From an uncultured bacterium (GTDB lineage: Bacteria > CSSED10-310 > CAZUFC01), in NCBI GenBank assembly GCA_964619725.1, contig CAZUFC010000046.1:1-53159 (forward strand): 53,159 bases of DNA, read 5' to 3'. Position 1 is the stretch's first letter; the number at the start of each line of letters is the position of its first letter. Below the pieces are notes generated by a model that saw nothing but the letters and a program-made list of their open reading frames with translations, made no database searches and was not told the DNA's origin. Positions 21,144 to 29,891 of this stretch are shown piece after piece. The translations under genes and the position numbers were made by a program.

Positions 21144-21462
21144 ATTTCCGTCTTCGTCAGAAGGTTGATGACTTAAACTGAAATAATGATGACTTCAGAA
21201 TAATTACGGTGAAAAAGTCTCCGGAACCTTGCCCTGTTCCGATCAATGATACTGACCGCTGGTCATTTTGGCATTCGTGATTAATAATTGTCAAGGATCA
21301 GTAAAAATGGTCATCATTTACTCCTGCCGTTAAATTGCAGTATAACGCTGCCAATCTTCCAATCCATACACTGATACAATCTTCCCCTCTTCCCATGCCC
21401 CAGCAGACGGACTTGAATAAGCTCTTTCCATTAACTAAAATGAAAAACGGTGATTCGGGTTA

Positions 21463-23184
21463 ATGAAAAACAATTATCTTCAAAGGGAACTCATTATGAA
21501 CCTCCGTATTTTTTCATTCTGCATGTTATTCGTCGTTTCGCTGATCGTTGCCTTACCGAATGCTGTGAACGGCGAATGGGAAATCAGCATCCTGGACAGC
21601 GGTTCCTGGCCGTATACCATCGGATGCGACATCACCCTTCAGATCGATCAGAACGACTCTCCCCGAATAAATTACTACAATTCGGCGGGCCCCTACGGAA
21701 GATCGATTAAATACGCTGCATGGAACGGAACAGTCTGGGATATCCAGGAAATAAGCGACGAATGGACGGGTTGTTTTTCCTTTTGTCTTGATCAGGCGGA
21801 GATGCCTCATTTCAGTTACATGGACTTCTATGATCTTTTTCATCAATACTGGGACGGCGATCAATGGCAGATTGAGATCGTAGATACCGATTTGAACTTT
21901 TCAAATTACACGAACGGAACGTTTATCCGGACCGACAGCGACGATAATCCTCATATCGCCTATTTCGACGTTCCGGAAGGCGATTTGAAATACGCTCATA
22001 AAACAGAAACGGGCTGGCAGTTTGAAATCGTCAGGGATGAGGGATTTCATGATTACAACTATGACTTTACGCTGATGCTGGATTCTGAAGACTTGCCTCA
22101 TATCTGCTATACCGTGCCCGCCGACCATGATGTAATTTACGCCTGTAAAACCGCCGGCGGATGGGAATTCCATGAAGTCATCGAAGACGCTTCTACCGGC
22201 TTCACACGGGCAAGATGCCTGGCCCTGGACTCGCAGGACAGGCCTTATATCATCTGTGAAACCCAGGGCGCCTATGATCTGAAATATGCATTTCGCAATC
22301 AACAGGGCTGGCATGTCTCAGTAGTGGCCCAAAGCGTAAGAATAGGAAGCATATTGACCGATCCTGAGGGCAATCCGCACATCAGTTACTACGATGCCGT
22401 AAACCAGGACTTGGTCTATGCGCACAAGCAGGGTAACTCCTGGCTGTTCGAAACAGTCGATGCCGATGGAAATACAGGCTCAGGCAGCAGCATGATGCTC
22501 GATGCTGTGAATGCCCCGCATATAGCCTACCAGTGGGAATTCGGAACCGGCGACAGCAGTAAACTCAAATACGCCAGGAAACTCGTCACACCGGCTCCTA
22601 CGCCTACCATGGAACCTACAAACGCTTCGACTCCGACTCTGCTGCCCACCGATACGCCGACGCTCCTGCCCACTCACACGCCCACATCAACTCCAACACC
22701 GTCGTCGACAATATCGACTACGCCCACGACCACCATCCCGCCCACAATGATTCCCACCGGCACGCCGTCGCCGAAAGCGACCGGAATTACTCCAACACAT
22801 ACTCCGGAATATCCTTTGGGCGTTCGCATCGAGATGCCTGAATTCGTCAGTCCGGGTGAAGAATTCCACGTCACAGGAATGCTGGATAATCCAAACGATC
22901 CCATGAACGGCGTTCCGGTTGTTTTCGCGCTTAATGTTTTTCAAGATTACTGGTTCTGGCCTCATTGGACCTGGTTCAACGAATCAGGTTCCGGTACCGT
23001 CGACTGGCAAATCATGAACATTCCCCGCGGAACCGAAATCATTAACGTCGTCGATTCCTTCCCCTGGCCCGATACCGGTAGTCAGCATCTTAACGGTTTG
23101 TATTTCTTCGGCGCCATCCTCAACAGTGAATTTACAGACATCCTGGGACGCATGGCTGTCGTCCGATGGGGTTACGGACCGTAA
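21463..23184 (+). CDS. Secreted/surface repeat protein (beta-propeller-like repeats, PT linker, C-terminal domain); likely start 21496
   Basis: Signal-peptide-like N-term; 6-7 repeats of LDSxxxPHIxY...DLKYA...W; Pro/Thr linker; aromatic-rich C-terminal domain of about 125 aa. Confidence 0.8.
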   Translation: MKNNYLQRELIMNLRIFSFCMLFVVSLIVALPNAVNGEWEISILDSGSWPYTIGCDITLQIDQNDSPRINYYNSAGPYGRSIKYAAWNGTVWDIQEISDEWTGCFSFCLDQAEMPHFSYMDFYDLFHQYWDGDQWQIEIVDTDLNFSNYTNGTFIRTDSDDNPHIAYFDVPEGDLKYAHKTETGWQFEIVRDEGFHDYNYDFTLMLDSEDLPHICYTVPADHDVIYACKTAGGWEFHEVIEDASTGFTRARCLALDSQDRPYIICETQGAYDLKYAFRNQQGWHVSVVAQSVRIGSILTDPEGNPHISYYDAVNQDLVYAHKQGNSWLFETVDADGNTGSGSSMMLDAVNAPHIAYQWEFGTGDSSKLKYARKLVTPAPTPTMEPTNASTPTLLPTDTPTLLPTHTPTSTPTPSSTISTTPTTTIPPTMIPTGTPSPKATGITPTHTPEYPLGVRIEMPEFVSPGEEFHVTGMLDNPNDPMNGVPVVFALNVFQDYWFWPHWTWFNESGSGTVDWQIMNIPRGTEIINVVDSFPWPDTGSQHLNGLYFFGAILNSEFTDILGRMAVVRWGYGP

Positions 23185-23198
23185 TGCGATTGAGGACA

Positions 23199-23236
23199 GC
23201 GGACAAGGCGGACCTGGCTGACTCGGCGGAATAGTT
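23199..23236 (+). repeat. Family D 9-bp tandem repeat
   Basis: GCGGACAAG GCGGACCTG GCTGACTCG GCGGAATAG, about 15 bp after the stop codon. Confidence 0.7.
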
Positions 23237-23282
23237 GCAGAGGGTTGAAAAACCGGGATTTTTTTCATTTAACAGAAAATAC

Positions 23283-23592
23283 GGCATTGATCAAAAAAGC
23301 CTCTTTTGAGGTTACAATGCGACAGAATCGACTGTCATTTTGTTTCGATTTCGATCACGATTGAGATACCGATGCCGATACCGATTGCGATACCGACCCC
23401 GATACCGACCCCGACCCCGATACCGATACCGATTGCGATACCGACCCCGACCCCGATACCGATACCGATTGCGATACCGACCCCGACTTCGATCCCGGAA
23501 CCGATTGCGATACAGACCCCGATACCGATTGCGATGTCGACACAAATTGTAAAAAGTTTTGAAAGAATTGTAACCCCGGCTTGATCAGTCCC
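23283..23592 (-). mobile_element. MITE family A copy A2 (expanded array, about 33 hexamers)
   Basis: GGCATTGATCA...TGATCAGTCCC with perfect 8-bp TSD GAAAATAC (23275-23282 and 23593-23600). Confidence 0.92.
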
Positions 23593-23720
23593 GAAAATAC
23601 GCTTCTGAAAACCGCTTCGTCTCCTCTGTCCCCCGGGTTCGCTTCTCCTATAGAAAAAATTTAAAAAATTAAAATAAAAAAACAAAATATTAAAAAAAGA
23701 CAAAAATAATTTAAAATAAA

Positions 23721-23749
23721 TTGACATTGATTTTAATTAATCTTATATT
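23721..23749 (+). promoter_or_regulatory. Near-consensus sigma70 promoter with AT-rich UP region
   Basis: TTGACA-17 nt-TATATT preceded by about 65 bp of A-tract-rich sequence. Confidence 0.75.
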
Positions 23750-23755
23750 AGGGGT

Positions 23756-24169
23756 GTGACCGCGTTGAGAAAGGAGGCAGCGGAAATGCACAGAAGCTTA
23801 AAACAATGTCCGGTATGCAGCGAGCCTCTGGTCATTACCAGGCTGGCATGCGACAAGTGCGGCACGGAGATAACGGGACGGTTTTACGGTTGCGAATTAT
23901 GCGGGTTGTCGGATGAGGAACGCCGTTTTGTTTTGTTGTTTTTGAAGTTGCACGGCAATTTTCGGGAAATGGAGAAGGCGTTGGGGATATCGTATCCGAC
24001 GGTGAAGTTAAGGTTGAACCGGTTGTTGGGACGGTTGGGATTATCGGACGACCAGGTGGTGAGTCGGAGCAGCTTGAGCCGGGAGGAACGCATGAAAATT
24101 CTTGATAAGGTCCTGGGATCGGAGATAACGGTTGATGAGGCTCTGGAGAGGTTGAAAGGAGGGGAGTAG
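23756..24169 (+). CDS. DUF2089 family protein (Zn-ribbon + HTH + SHOCT-like tail); likely start 23786
   Basis: CPVC...CDKCGTEITGRF, GNFREMEKALGISYPTVKLRL, ILDKVLGSEITVDEALERL; AAGGAGG RBS. Confidence 0.85.
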   Translation: MTALRKEAAEMHRSLKQCPVCSEPLVITRLACDKCGTEITGRFYGCELCGLSDEERRFVLLFLKLHGNFREMEKALGISYPTVKLRLNRLLGRLGLSDDQVVSRSSLSREERMKILDKVLGSEITVDEALERLKGGE

Positions 24170-24651
24170 TGATGGACAGGAGTGAAATACTGGAAAAGCT
24201 GGAGAGGGGAGAGATAACGGCTGAAGAAGCGCTGAAGAGTTTGAAACCGTTCCAGGCGGTGAAGAAGCGGGAAGGGAGCGAGACTCGGTCGAGGCTGCTG
24301 AGAGTATTCAAAATTAGCGTGAAGGACAAGGAGCATCGAATCAACATACCCATTCCGTTGGCGCTTTTCATGCCGATCGCTTACGTGGCGGCTGCGGTTG
24401 TTTACGCTTTGCCGAACGAGGTGTTTTTGAAGGTCCTGGAAGAAGCGAAGCAGAAGGGAAGAACCGGCAAAAGCATAGACAAGCGGAAGGAAAATGTTGA
24501 TGAGAATAAATTTCATTATGAAAGGGATATGGAGATTCAGAAGATTAAAAACGCGGTCGTTAAGGCGCTGATGTTCGTGGCGCATGATCTGGATGGTTCT
24601 CTGGTAGAGGTCAACGACGGCGAGGATACCGTCAGAATAGGAATTTATTGA
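24169..24651 (+). CDS. SHOCT-like/YvlB-N domain protein of the DUF2089 operon
   Basis: EILEKLERGEITAEEAL, INIPIPL, LVEVNDGEDTVRIGIY; coupled to the upstream gene. Confidence 0.7.
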   Translation: MMDRSEILEKLERGEITAEEALKSLKPFQAVKKREGSETRSRLLRVFKISVKDKEHRINIPIPLALFMPIAYVAAAVVYALPNEVFLKVLEEAKQKGRTGKSIDKRKENVDENKFHYERDMEIQKIKNAVVKALMFVAHDLDGSLVEVNDGEDTVRIGIY

Positions 24652-24663
24652 AAGGAGAAAAAA

Positions 24664-25071
24664 ATGAATGAACGAATTAAAATTTTAGAAATGGTGGAAC
24701 AGGGTAAAATAACGGCTGAAGAGGGCGCGAAATTGTTGAGCGCCATAGAGGAAGGCGAGCCGAAGAGAGAGCCGGCGACGGAAGTCATAAAAGCGGAAAA
24801 GAAGGATGACGTCAGTTATTTGAAAATAAGGGTTTTCGAAGGCGACATGGAAAAGCCCAAGGTTAAGGTGAACATTCCTCTGGCATTAGCCAAACTGGGA
24901 ATGCAATTCGTCCCGGACGACAAGATGAAGAACCTGGAAATAAAAGGTAAACCCTTTGATCTTGATGCCATATTGAAAGAGGTTTCGGAAAATTTTCAGG
25001 GTGAACTGGTAAATGTGGAAGACGTCGGCGAAGACGGCAAAACAACCATGGTTAAGATTTTTATTGAATAA
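24664..25071 (+). CDS. SHOCT-like/YvlB-N domain protein of the DUF2089 operon
   Basis: ERIKILEMVEQGKITAEEGAKLLSAI, KVKVNIPLALAK, VKIFIE. Confidence 0.8.
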   Translation: MNERIKILEMVEQGKITAEEGAKLLSAIEEGEPKREPATEVIKAEKKDDVSYLKIRVFEGDMEKPKVKVNIPLALAKLGMQFVPDDKMKNLEIKGKPFDLDAILKEVSENFQGELVNVEDVGEDGKTTMVKIFIE

Positions 25072-25079
25072 TTTGCACA

Positions 25080-25124
25080 TTCATAGTTCCCGTTATGTGG
25101 AAGCCCACATAACGGGAACTATGA
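25080..25124. terminator. Long perfect hairpin after the DUF2089 operon
   Basis: TTCATAGTTCCCGTTATGTGG-AAG-CCCACATAACGGGAACTATGAA, stem of about 21 bp. Confidence 0.65.
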
Positions 25125-25346
25125 ATAGGAGGCAAAAAGGCAGAGCCTTGCGGTAAGGTTCATTTGTTTAAAGAGCAGGGTCGGCAGGGCGGTCTGGAAA
25201 AGAAGAATTTCATCCGCTAAGGGCAACGAAGGAAAAACGGATATAAGAGGTCTGGGCTGCCGGGATAGGGGATTTGACAAAGGAATCGGCCGTAAGTTAT
25301 TAGAGGAAAGGACAGTTTTTCAGGCAAATCATCAGGAGGAGATGTA

Positions 25347-26951
25347 ATGAAATATTATCGGTTTATTTTAAGTCTTGCAGCGGCTGTTTTCATCATCGGC
25401 AGTTCGTTTGCCGTTGTTCCTCATCAAATTAATTATCAGGGATGTCTGGCGGATGAGGAAGGGAACCCGGTATCGGGTACTCATGATTTCGTTTTCAGTA
25501 TTTACAATGTTGAAGCCGGGGGGACGGCTCTCTGGGAGGAGTCACAGACCGTCGAATGCGACAGCGAGGGCGTTTTCCATGTTCTCCTGGGTGAAATAAC
25601 ATCGCTTGATTTGGCTTTCAGAGAAATGTATTGGCTGGAAATCGAAGTGAACGGAGAGCTGCTCAGTCCGAGGCAGATGTTGGCCAGCGTTGGACAGGCT
25701 TACAATTCCCAGGACGTTTACGATGAGGATATCCTTGTGAGGAGCGTAAGCATTACAGGCTATCCGTCAGAGCTGGTAATCAACGAGAACGGCCAGTGGG
25801 TCGGCGATCCGACGGGTTTGACAGGTCCTACGGGTCCGTCCGGTCCTGTGGGCGCTGCGGGTCCGACGGGTCCTGCGGGTTCTACTGGTCCTGTGGGCGC
25901 TGATGGTCCTACCGGTCCGATGGGTCCGACGGGTCCCGCCGGTGCAACCGGTCCCATCGGAGGTTCCCATGGCCAATTCATTTACAATGACTCCGGAACC
26001 GCTGCAGGCGCTGACATGTATTATGACGACGGAAAAATAGGCATAGGAACTGAAACGCCCGCCGGAGCGCTTGACGTAGCCGTCAATGTAATGGGAGACC
26101 CGCAACTCGATCAATCGCAAGTGTCGATCGAAATACATTGGAGCATCAACCTCAATTATTTTGGCCAGTCTTTTACTGCCGGTATCACAGGTCAGTTGTC
26201 TCAAGTCGATCTTTATCTGGATTCCGCAGCATACGATGCAGAATTCAGATTATTCGAAGGAGGCATTTGCGGCTATAATCCTTGCAATCCCACACCCGTC
26301 TACACGCAATCCGGCATCAATCTTTCCTCAGGATGGAACAGCATAATTTTAACGACGCCGCAAAGCATTGTATCCGGGCAGACTTATACATTCAAGGTAT
26401 ATAACGGTATGGTATTCAACGCTCCATCCGGAGACGACGCCGGTGATTATCCATATGGACGCTCTCTTTTCTCTGAAAATCATGATCTGGTCTTCCGAAC
26501 ATATGTAGAAACGACGTATTTAGCACACAGTTTAATCGTTACCGACGAAGGAAAAGTCGGCATAGGAACTGCTTCTCCTTCGGAGGAGCTTTATGTCCTC
26601 GGCAACATTTACGCCACAGGATCAATTACTCCGGGCTCATCCAGAGCATTAAAAGAAAACATCGTGGGTCTGTCCCTGGAACAAGCCGTCTCTGCACTCG
26701 AACTGCTCGATCCCGTTTCGTTCAATTATATATCAGACCATGAGGAAAAATGTCTTGGATTCATCGCTGAAGACGTACCTGATCTTCTGGCCGCAAAAGA
26801 CAGAAAAGGAGTCAATCCCATGGACGTTATCGCCGTGTTGACCAAAGTGGTCCAGGAACAACAGAATGTCCTGAAAAGACAACAACAAGAAAATGAATTG
26901 CAAAAAAAACAAATAGAACGTCTTGAATTGCTGATAAATCAAAATAAGTAA
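25347..26951 (+). CDS. Secreted collagen-like fibre protein with C-terminal peptidase S74 intramolecular chaperone
   Basis: Signal peptide; [10 protein letters not shown]-domain; about 16 G-X-Y triplets; GKIGIGT/GKVGIGT repeats; SSRALKENI...LGFIAEDVP plus coiled coil. Confidence 0.85.
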   Translation: MKYYRFILSLAAAVFIIGSSFAVVPHQINYQGCLADEEGNPVSGTHDFVFSIYNVEAGGTALWEESQTVECDSEGVFHVLLGEITSLDLAFREMYWLEIEVNGELLSPRQMLASVGQAYNSQDVYDEDILVRSVSITGYPSELVINENGQWVGDPTGLTGPTGPSGPVGAAGPTGPAGSTGPVGADGPTGPMGPTGPAGATGPIGGSHGQFIYNDSGTAAGADMYYDDGKIGIGTETPAGALDVAVNVMGDPQLDQSQVSIEIHWSINLNYFGQSFTAGITGQLSQVDLYLDSAAYDAEFRLFEGGICGYNPCNPTPVYTQSGINLSSGWNSIILTTPQSIVSGQTYTFKVYNGMVFNAPSGDDAGDYPYGRSLFSENHDLVFRTYVETTYLAHSLIVTDEGKVGIGTASPSEELYVLGNIYATGSITPGSSRALKENIVGLSLEQAVSALELLDPVSFNYISDHEEKCLGFIAEDVPDLLAAKDRKGVNPMDVIAVLTKVVQEQQNVLKRQQQENELQKKQIERLELLINQNK

Positions 26952-27042
26952 TTTTGTCACAAACATATTGGGAAAAATCGATAAGAAGTCACTGAAAATG
27001 AAAAGGGACATAGCTCTCCAGAAAAACTATTGTTGAATAGGA

Positions 27043-28287
27043 TTACAGTTCTGAAAAGGGGATCGCCGTTACATTATTTCCCAGCGGTAAGCGGACGTCG
27101 CCGGGATGAATGACGTAACCATGACCGATGCGGTTGCCGAATAGCTTCTGAAGGCTTTTTATCGACGATGCCCCTTTCGGAGAGGGCGTTGCGGACAGCT
27201 TCACTTCGATGGGAATCAGTTTGCCGGCGCTTTCAATAATTATATCAACCTCATGCCCCGTTGATGTCCTCCAAAAATAAACCTGCGGGTCCAGCCCCCT
27301 GTGAACCGTCGCTTTGACTATCTCCGTCAAAACCGCTGTTTCCATTATCGCTCCGCCCAACGGACCGGAAGACGCATGATCGGGGTCTTTAAGACCGGTT
27401 AGATGACACAATATCCCCGTATCCATAAAATAAATTTTCGGCGTTTTAACCAGCCGTCTACCGATATTCGCATAATAGGGCCGAAGCGTAAAAATCTGGT
27501 GTGATGCTTCTAATACAGATACCCAGGCCTTTATCGTATTCACTGCTACTCCCAGATCACGGGATATGTCCGTCAGATTGATCAATTGTCCCGATCGGGC
27601 CGCAAGCATGCGCATGAAATCCTGAAACTGTAAAAGCGAACCCACCTGTCTCATGCTCCTCACATCCCGCTCCAGGTAACTCTTCATATACCCCGAATGC
27701 CAGAGTCCCGCATCTTTTTCCGGATGCGCCGTCAATTCAGGATAACTTCCCCGCAAAAATGAACTCCAGAGCTCACGATAAGCTGAGTCTGATGAATCTT
27801 CCCGTCGATATCCCGATTCCCACGGAAGCACAGAACCTGGGTTGACGTAGATTTCCCTGCGGGACAATGGAAGAAGTCGCAATATCGCAGCTCTCCCGGC
27901 CAGAGATTCCGTTATTCTCTCCAACATCAATATATTCTGCGATCCCGTCAGGATATACTGACCGTAAACATTCCTCTCACTGTCGATCCGCTCTCGTATA
28001 TAAGGAAGCAATGACGGAGCATGCTGAACCTCATCAAAAACAACAGGCGGAGCATAATATTCCAGGAATCCGCGCGGGTCCGACTCTGCCGCTCTCATCA
28101 CATCAGGCAGGTCAAGCGATACATAACTGAAATTTTTAATGAACAAACGCTTAAGAAGAGTGGTCTTGCCGGATTGCCGGGGACCGGTCAGGACCACAGC
28201 AGGAAATTGCGCCGCCGCCTTTGTAATGACAGGCTCCAATGTCCTCGTGATATACTTTTCTTCCATACTACGCCTCCATCTATGCAA
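27043..28287 (-). CDS. AAA_14 ATPase with DUF4143 and C-terminal PD-(D/E)xK-like domain; likely start 28266
   Basis: GPRQSGKTT, FDEVQ, LTGSQ, ESLAGR, KTPKIYFMDTG, EVDIII...PIEVK; GGAGG RBS. Confidence 0.92.
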   Translation of the reverse strand: MHRWRRSMEEKYITRTLEPVITKAAAQFPAVVLTGPRQSGKTTLLKRLFIKNFSYVSLDLPDVMRAAESDPRGFLEYYAPPVVFDEVQHAPSLLPYIRERIDSERNVYGQYILTGSQNILMLERITESLAGRAAILRLLPLSRREIYVNPGSVLPWESGYRREDSSDSAYRELWSSFLRGSYPELTAHPEKDAGLWHSGYMKSYLERDVRSMRQVGSLLQFQDFMRMLAARSGQLINLTDISRDLGVAVNTIKAWVSVLEASHQIFTLRPYYANIGRRLVKTPKIYFMDTGILCHLTGLKDPDHASSGPLGGAIMETAVLTEIVKATVHRGLDPQVYFWRTSTGHEVDIIIESAGKLIPIEVKLSATPSPKGASSIKSLQKLFGNRIGHGYVIHPGDVRLPLGNNVTAIPFSEL

Positions 28288-28315
28288 TGATGCATTTTAA
28301 ATGCATTATTGTCAA
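28286..28315 (-). promoter_or_regulatory. Promoter with overlapping palindromic operator for the AAA_14 gene
   Basis: TTGACA on the minus strand overlapping the palindrome AATGATGCATTTTAAATGCATTATT. Confidence 0.45.
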
Positions 28316-28369
28316 AAATGTTGTTCCGTTAACGCGAAAAAGAGCCGGCGGCAGAGCACAGAAGAAAAT

Positions 28370-28508
28370 ATTAATTCTGAAAGTAAAATGTGCTGCATGC
28401 CGCCTCGTGACGGAAGAATAACCGTCCGCTAAGGAGCGCGAAGGACCGTGAAGAAAAGAGGAATACAGAAACGTCTGGGATTTCGGGCTGCTTTACTGAA
28501 TTGGCGGA
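28370..28508 (+). repeat. Family E repeat, left boundary of the DUF488 island
   Basis: GCTGCA...AACCGTCCGCTAAGGAGCGCGAA...GAAGAA...GAAACGTC...CTTTACTGAAT; direct repeat of 30635-30778. Confidence 0.65.
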
Positions 28509-28546
28509 TTAACGATAAGGGGAATAAAACGGGAACTCTTTAATCT

Positions 28547-28730
28547 CTGAACTCCTGGCAATGTGCCTTAAAAGAATTGTGAATTTTTTGGTGAAAACGG
28601 CTCAAGGTTCAAAGAATATCAATATTGCTTGTCGTGAAATTCAAAAATATTTCACAATAATTATGCCGAATCGGTGAGATTAAAAATTTTTTTAAATCAA
28701 TAGGTTGACTAGGGTATGTCCGGAGTTCTG
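28547..28730. mobile_element. MITE family B copy B2
   Basis: Ends CTGAACTCCTGGCA...TGTCCGGAGTTCTG; 5-bp duplication AATCT (28542-28546 and 28731-28735); shares AATTGTGAA and CACAATwATTATGCCGA with B1. Confidence 0.75.
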
Positions 28731-28771
28731 AATCTAAAAAATTTCCAGATATCAGGAAAAGATTTATTTCT

Positions 28772-29386
28772 TTATTCATACCATCCTGACAACTGCAGAT
28801 AGCAACGCTCCTCCCATTCGGGTTTATCAGAGGGGGTCCACCAGCGTGCTAACGATAATCGGATCAATGTGCCCGCTGGAATCAAATCCACACACGCCTG
28901 CAATCCTACAAATGGTAAAAAAACGAATCCATCTTCACTCCGATAACGATATCGGATTCGATTACTTTCTGTTTCCTTTTCAATATCTTTGTCAGATATC
29001 CAAAATTCTACACTATGACTCGGTATACCAACTCTTCGACAGATATATGCGCTTCCTCTTTCTGTACGCATAAGCAAACCATTAAAAAGGTTGCGCATTC
29101 CCCCTTTCATAATTTCAGCAAAATTTTGCAGATAGTCGGAAATCTTAACCATCGGACCGATAAAACGACTCTGATAAAAAAACACATCCTCTGAATGTGG
29201 AAGAATTATATCATTTTTCGGAGAAAAAACAATATCCCATACCTGACCAACTTCAAACGGCGTATTATCGGGATTGTTATGTCTTCCTACGGGAATCAAT
29301 CGAACATTGCGATAATCCTTCATTGTTAAGCCGCTTATGCATACGCCGGTTTTCATTCGAGTTTTGGCGACAATGAGTGTTTTCAT
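28772..29386 (-). CDS. Dual OB-fold domain protein
   Basis: LIVAKTRM..GVCISG, VRLI, GQVWDI, PHSEDV, LSLARWW.P, RCYLQLSGW; ATGA overlap with the DUF488 gene. Confidence 0.7.
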   Translation of the reverse strand: MKTLIVAKTRMKTGVCISGLTMKDYRNVRLIPVGRHNNPDNTPFEVGQVWDIVFSPKNDIILPHSEDVFFYQSRFIGPMVKISDYLQNFAEIMKGGMRNLFNGLLMRTERGSAYICRRVGIPSHSVEFWISDKDIEKETESNRIRYRYRSEDGFVFLPFVGLQACVDLIPAGTLIRLSLARWWTPSDKPEWEERCYLQLSGWYE

Positions 29387-29871
29387 GGCAAAAGGTGTAT
29401 AACATCAACGCCCCATATTTCATGCATTCTATCAGCAGCGAGAGCTCTATGGCAAGCTGAAGGGTTCTGTTCCACACAAAATAGTACGATTCGATTATAA
29501 TGCGGTTCAATTTCTTTGAAAAACTTATTAAAATCAAAAGCATCCAATATTTTTCTCTTGTATTCGATTCGGAATTTCTTATCCAGATCAGTTCTATTCT
29601 TTTTATGAATTCCGCGCTTTTGATCTATCTCTTTTTGTTTTTCGCGAATTTCCGCAGTCGGCGCAAGTTTTTTAATATGCAAGTAATCAATATCCATACT
29701 GCTAAGCTTTTGTTGCAATCTCCTGCTGTTGACGAATGCATACTTTGAGCCTCTTACTCCCCTTCTTTGCCTTACATCGCAGAATAGATCAATTTCTTCA
29801 TGCAGCAAACCTCTGAAGAAATCTTTTTCAGTGAAACCATATACGCCTATGGTGTAAACTTTAAGAGCCAT
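29383..29871 (-). CDS. DUF488 family protein
   Basis: VYTIGVYG, CDVRQRRGVRG, LAPT, LFCVEQNPSACHR. Confidence 0.88.
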   Translation of the reverse strand: MALKVYTIGVYGFTEKDFFRGLLHEEIDLFCDVRQRRGVRGSKYAFVNSRRLQQKLSSMDIDYLHIKKLAPTAEIREKQKEIDQKRGIHKKNRTDLDKKFRIEYKRKILDAFDFNKFFKEIEPHYNRIVLFCVEQNPSACHRALAADRMHEIWGVDVIHLLP

Positions 29872-29891
29872 CGTAGTTATAATTTCATCTC

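Noticed and set aside
23346-23543. Possible CRISPR or guide-RNA array
   Set aside because: Period is 6 bp with no unique spacers, and there is no cas or other effector gene in the window.
23306-23727. ORFs with IPIAIPTP / IGIGVG / RYRYR / SVSGS repeats (also 3932-4237, 32696-32905, 50196-50473)
   Set aside because: By-products of the stop-free hexamer array in family A; the reading frame relative to the arms is not conserved between copies and there are no consistent starts or RBSs.
28650-28672. dif/Xer-like site (ATAATTATGCCGAA; also about 4355-4370)
   Set aside because: Only a partial XerD-arm resemblance, and it is internal to MITE family B.
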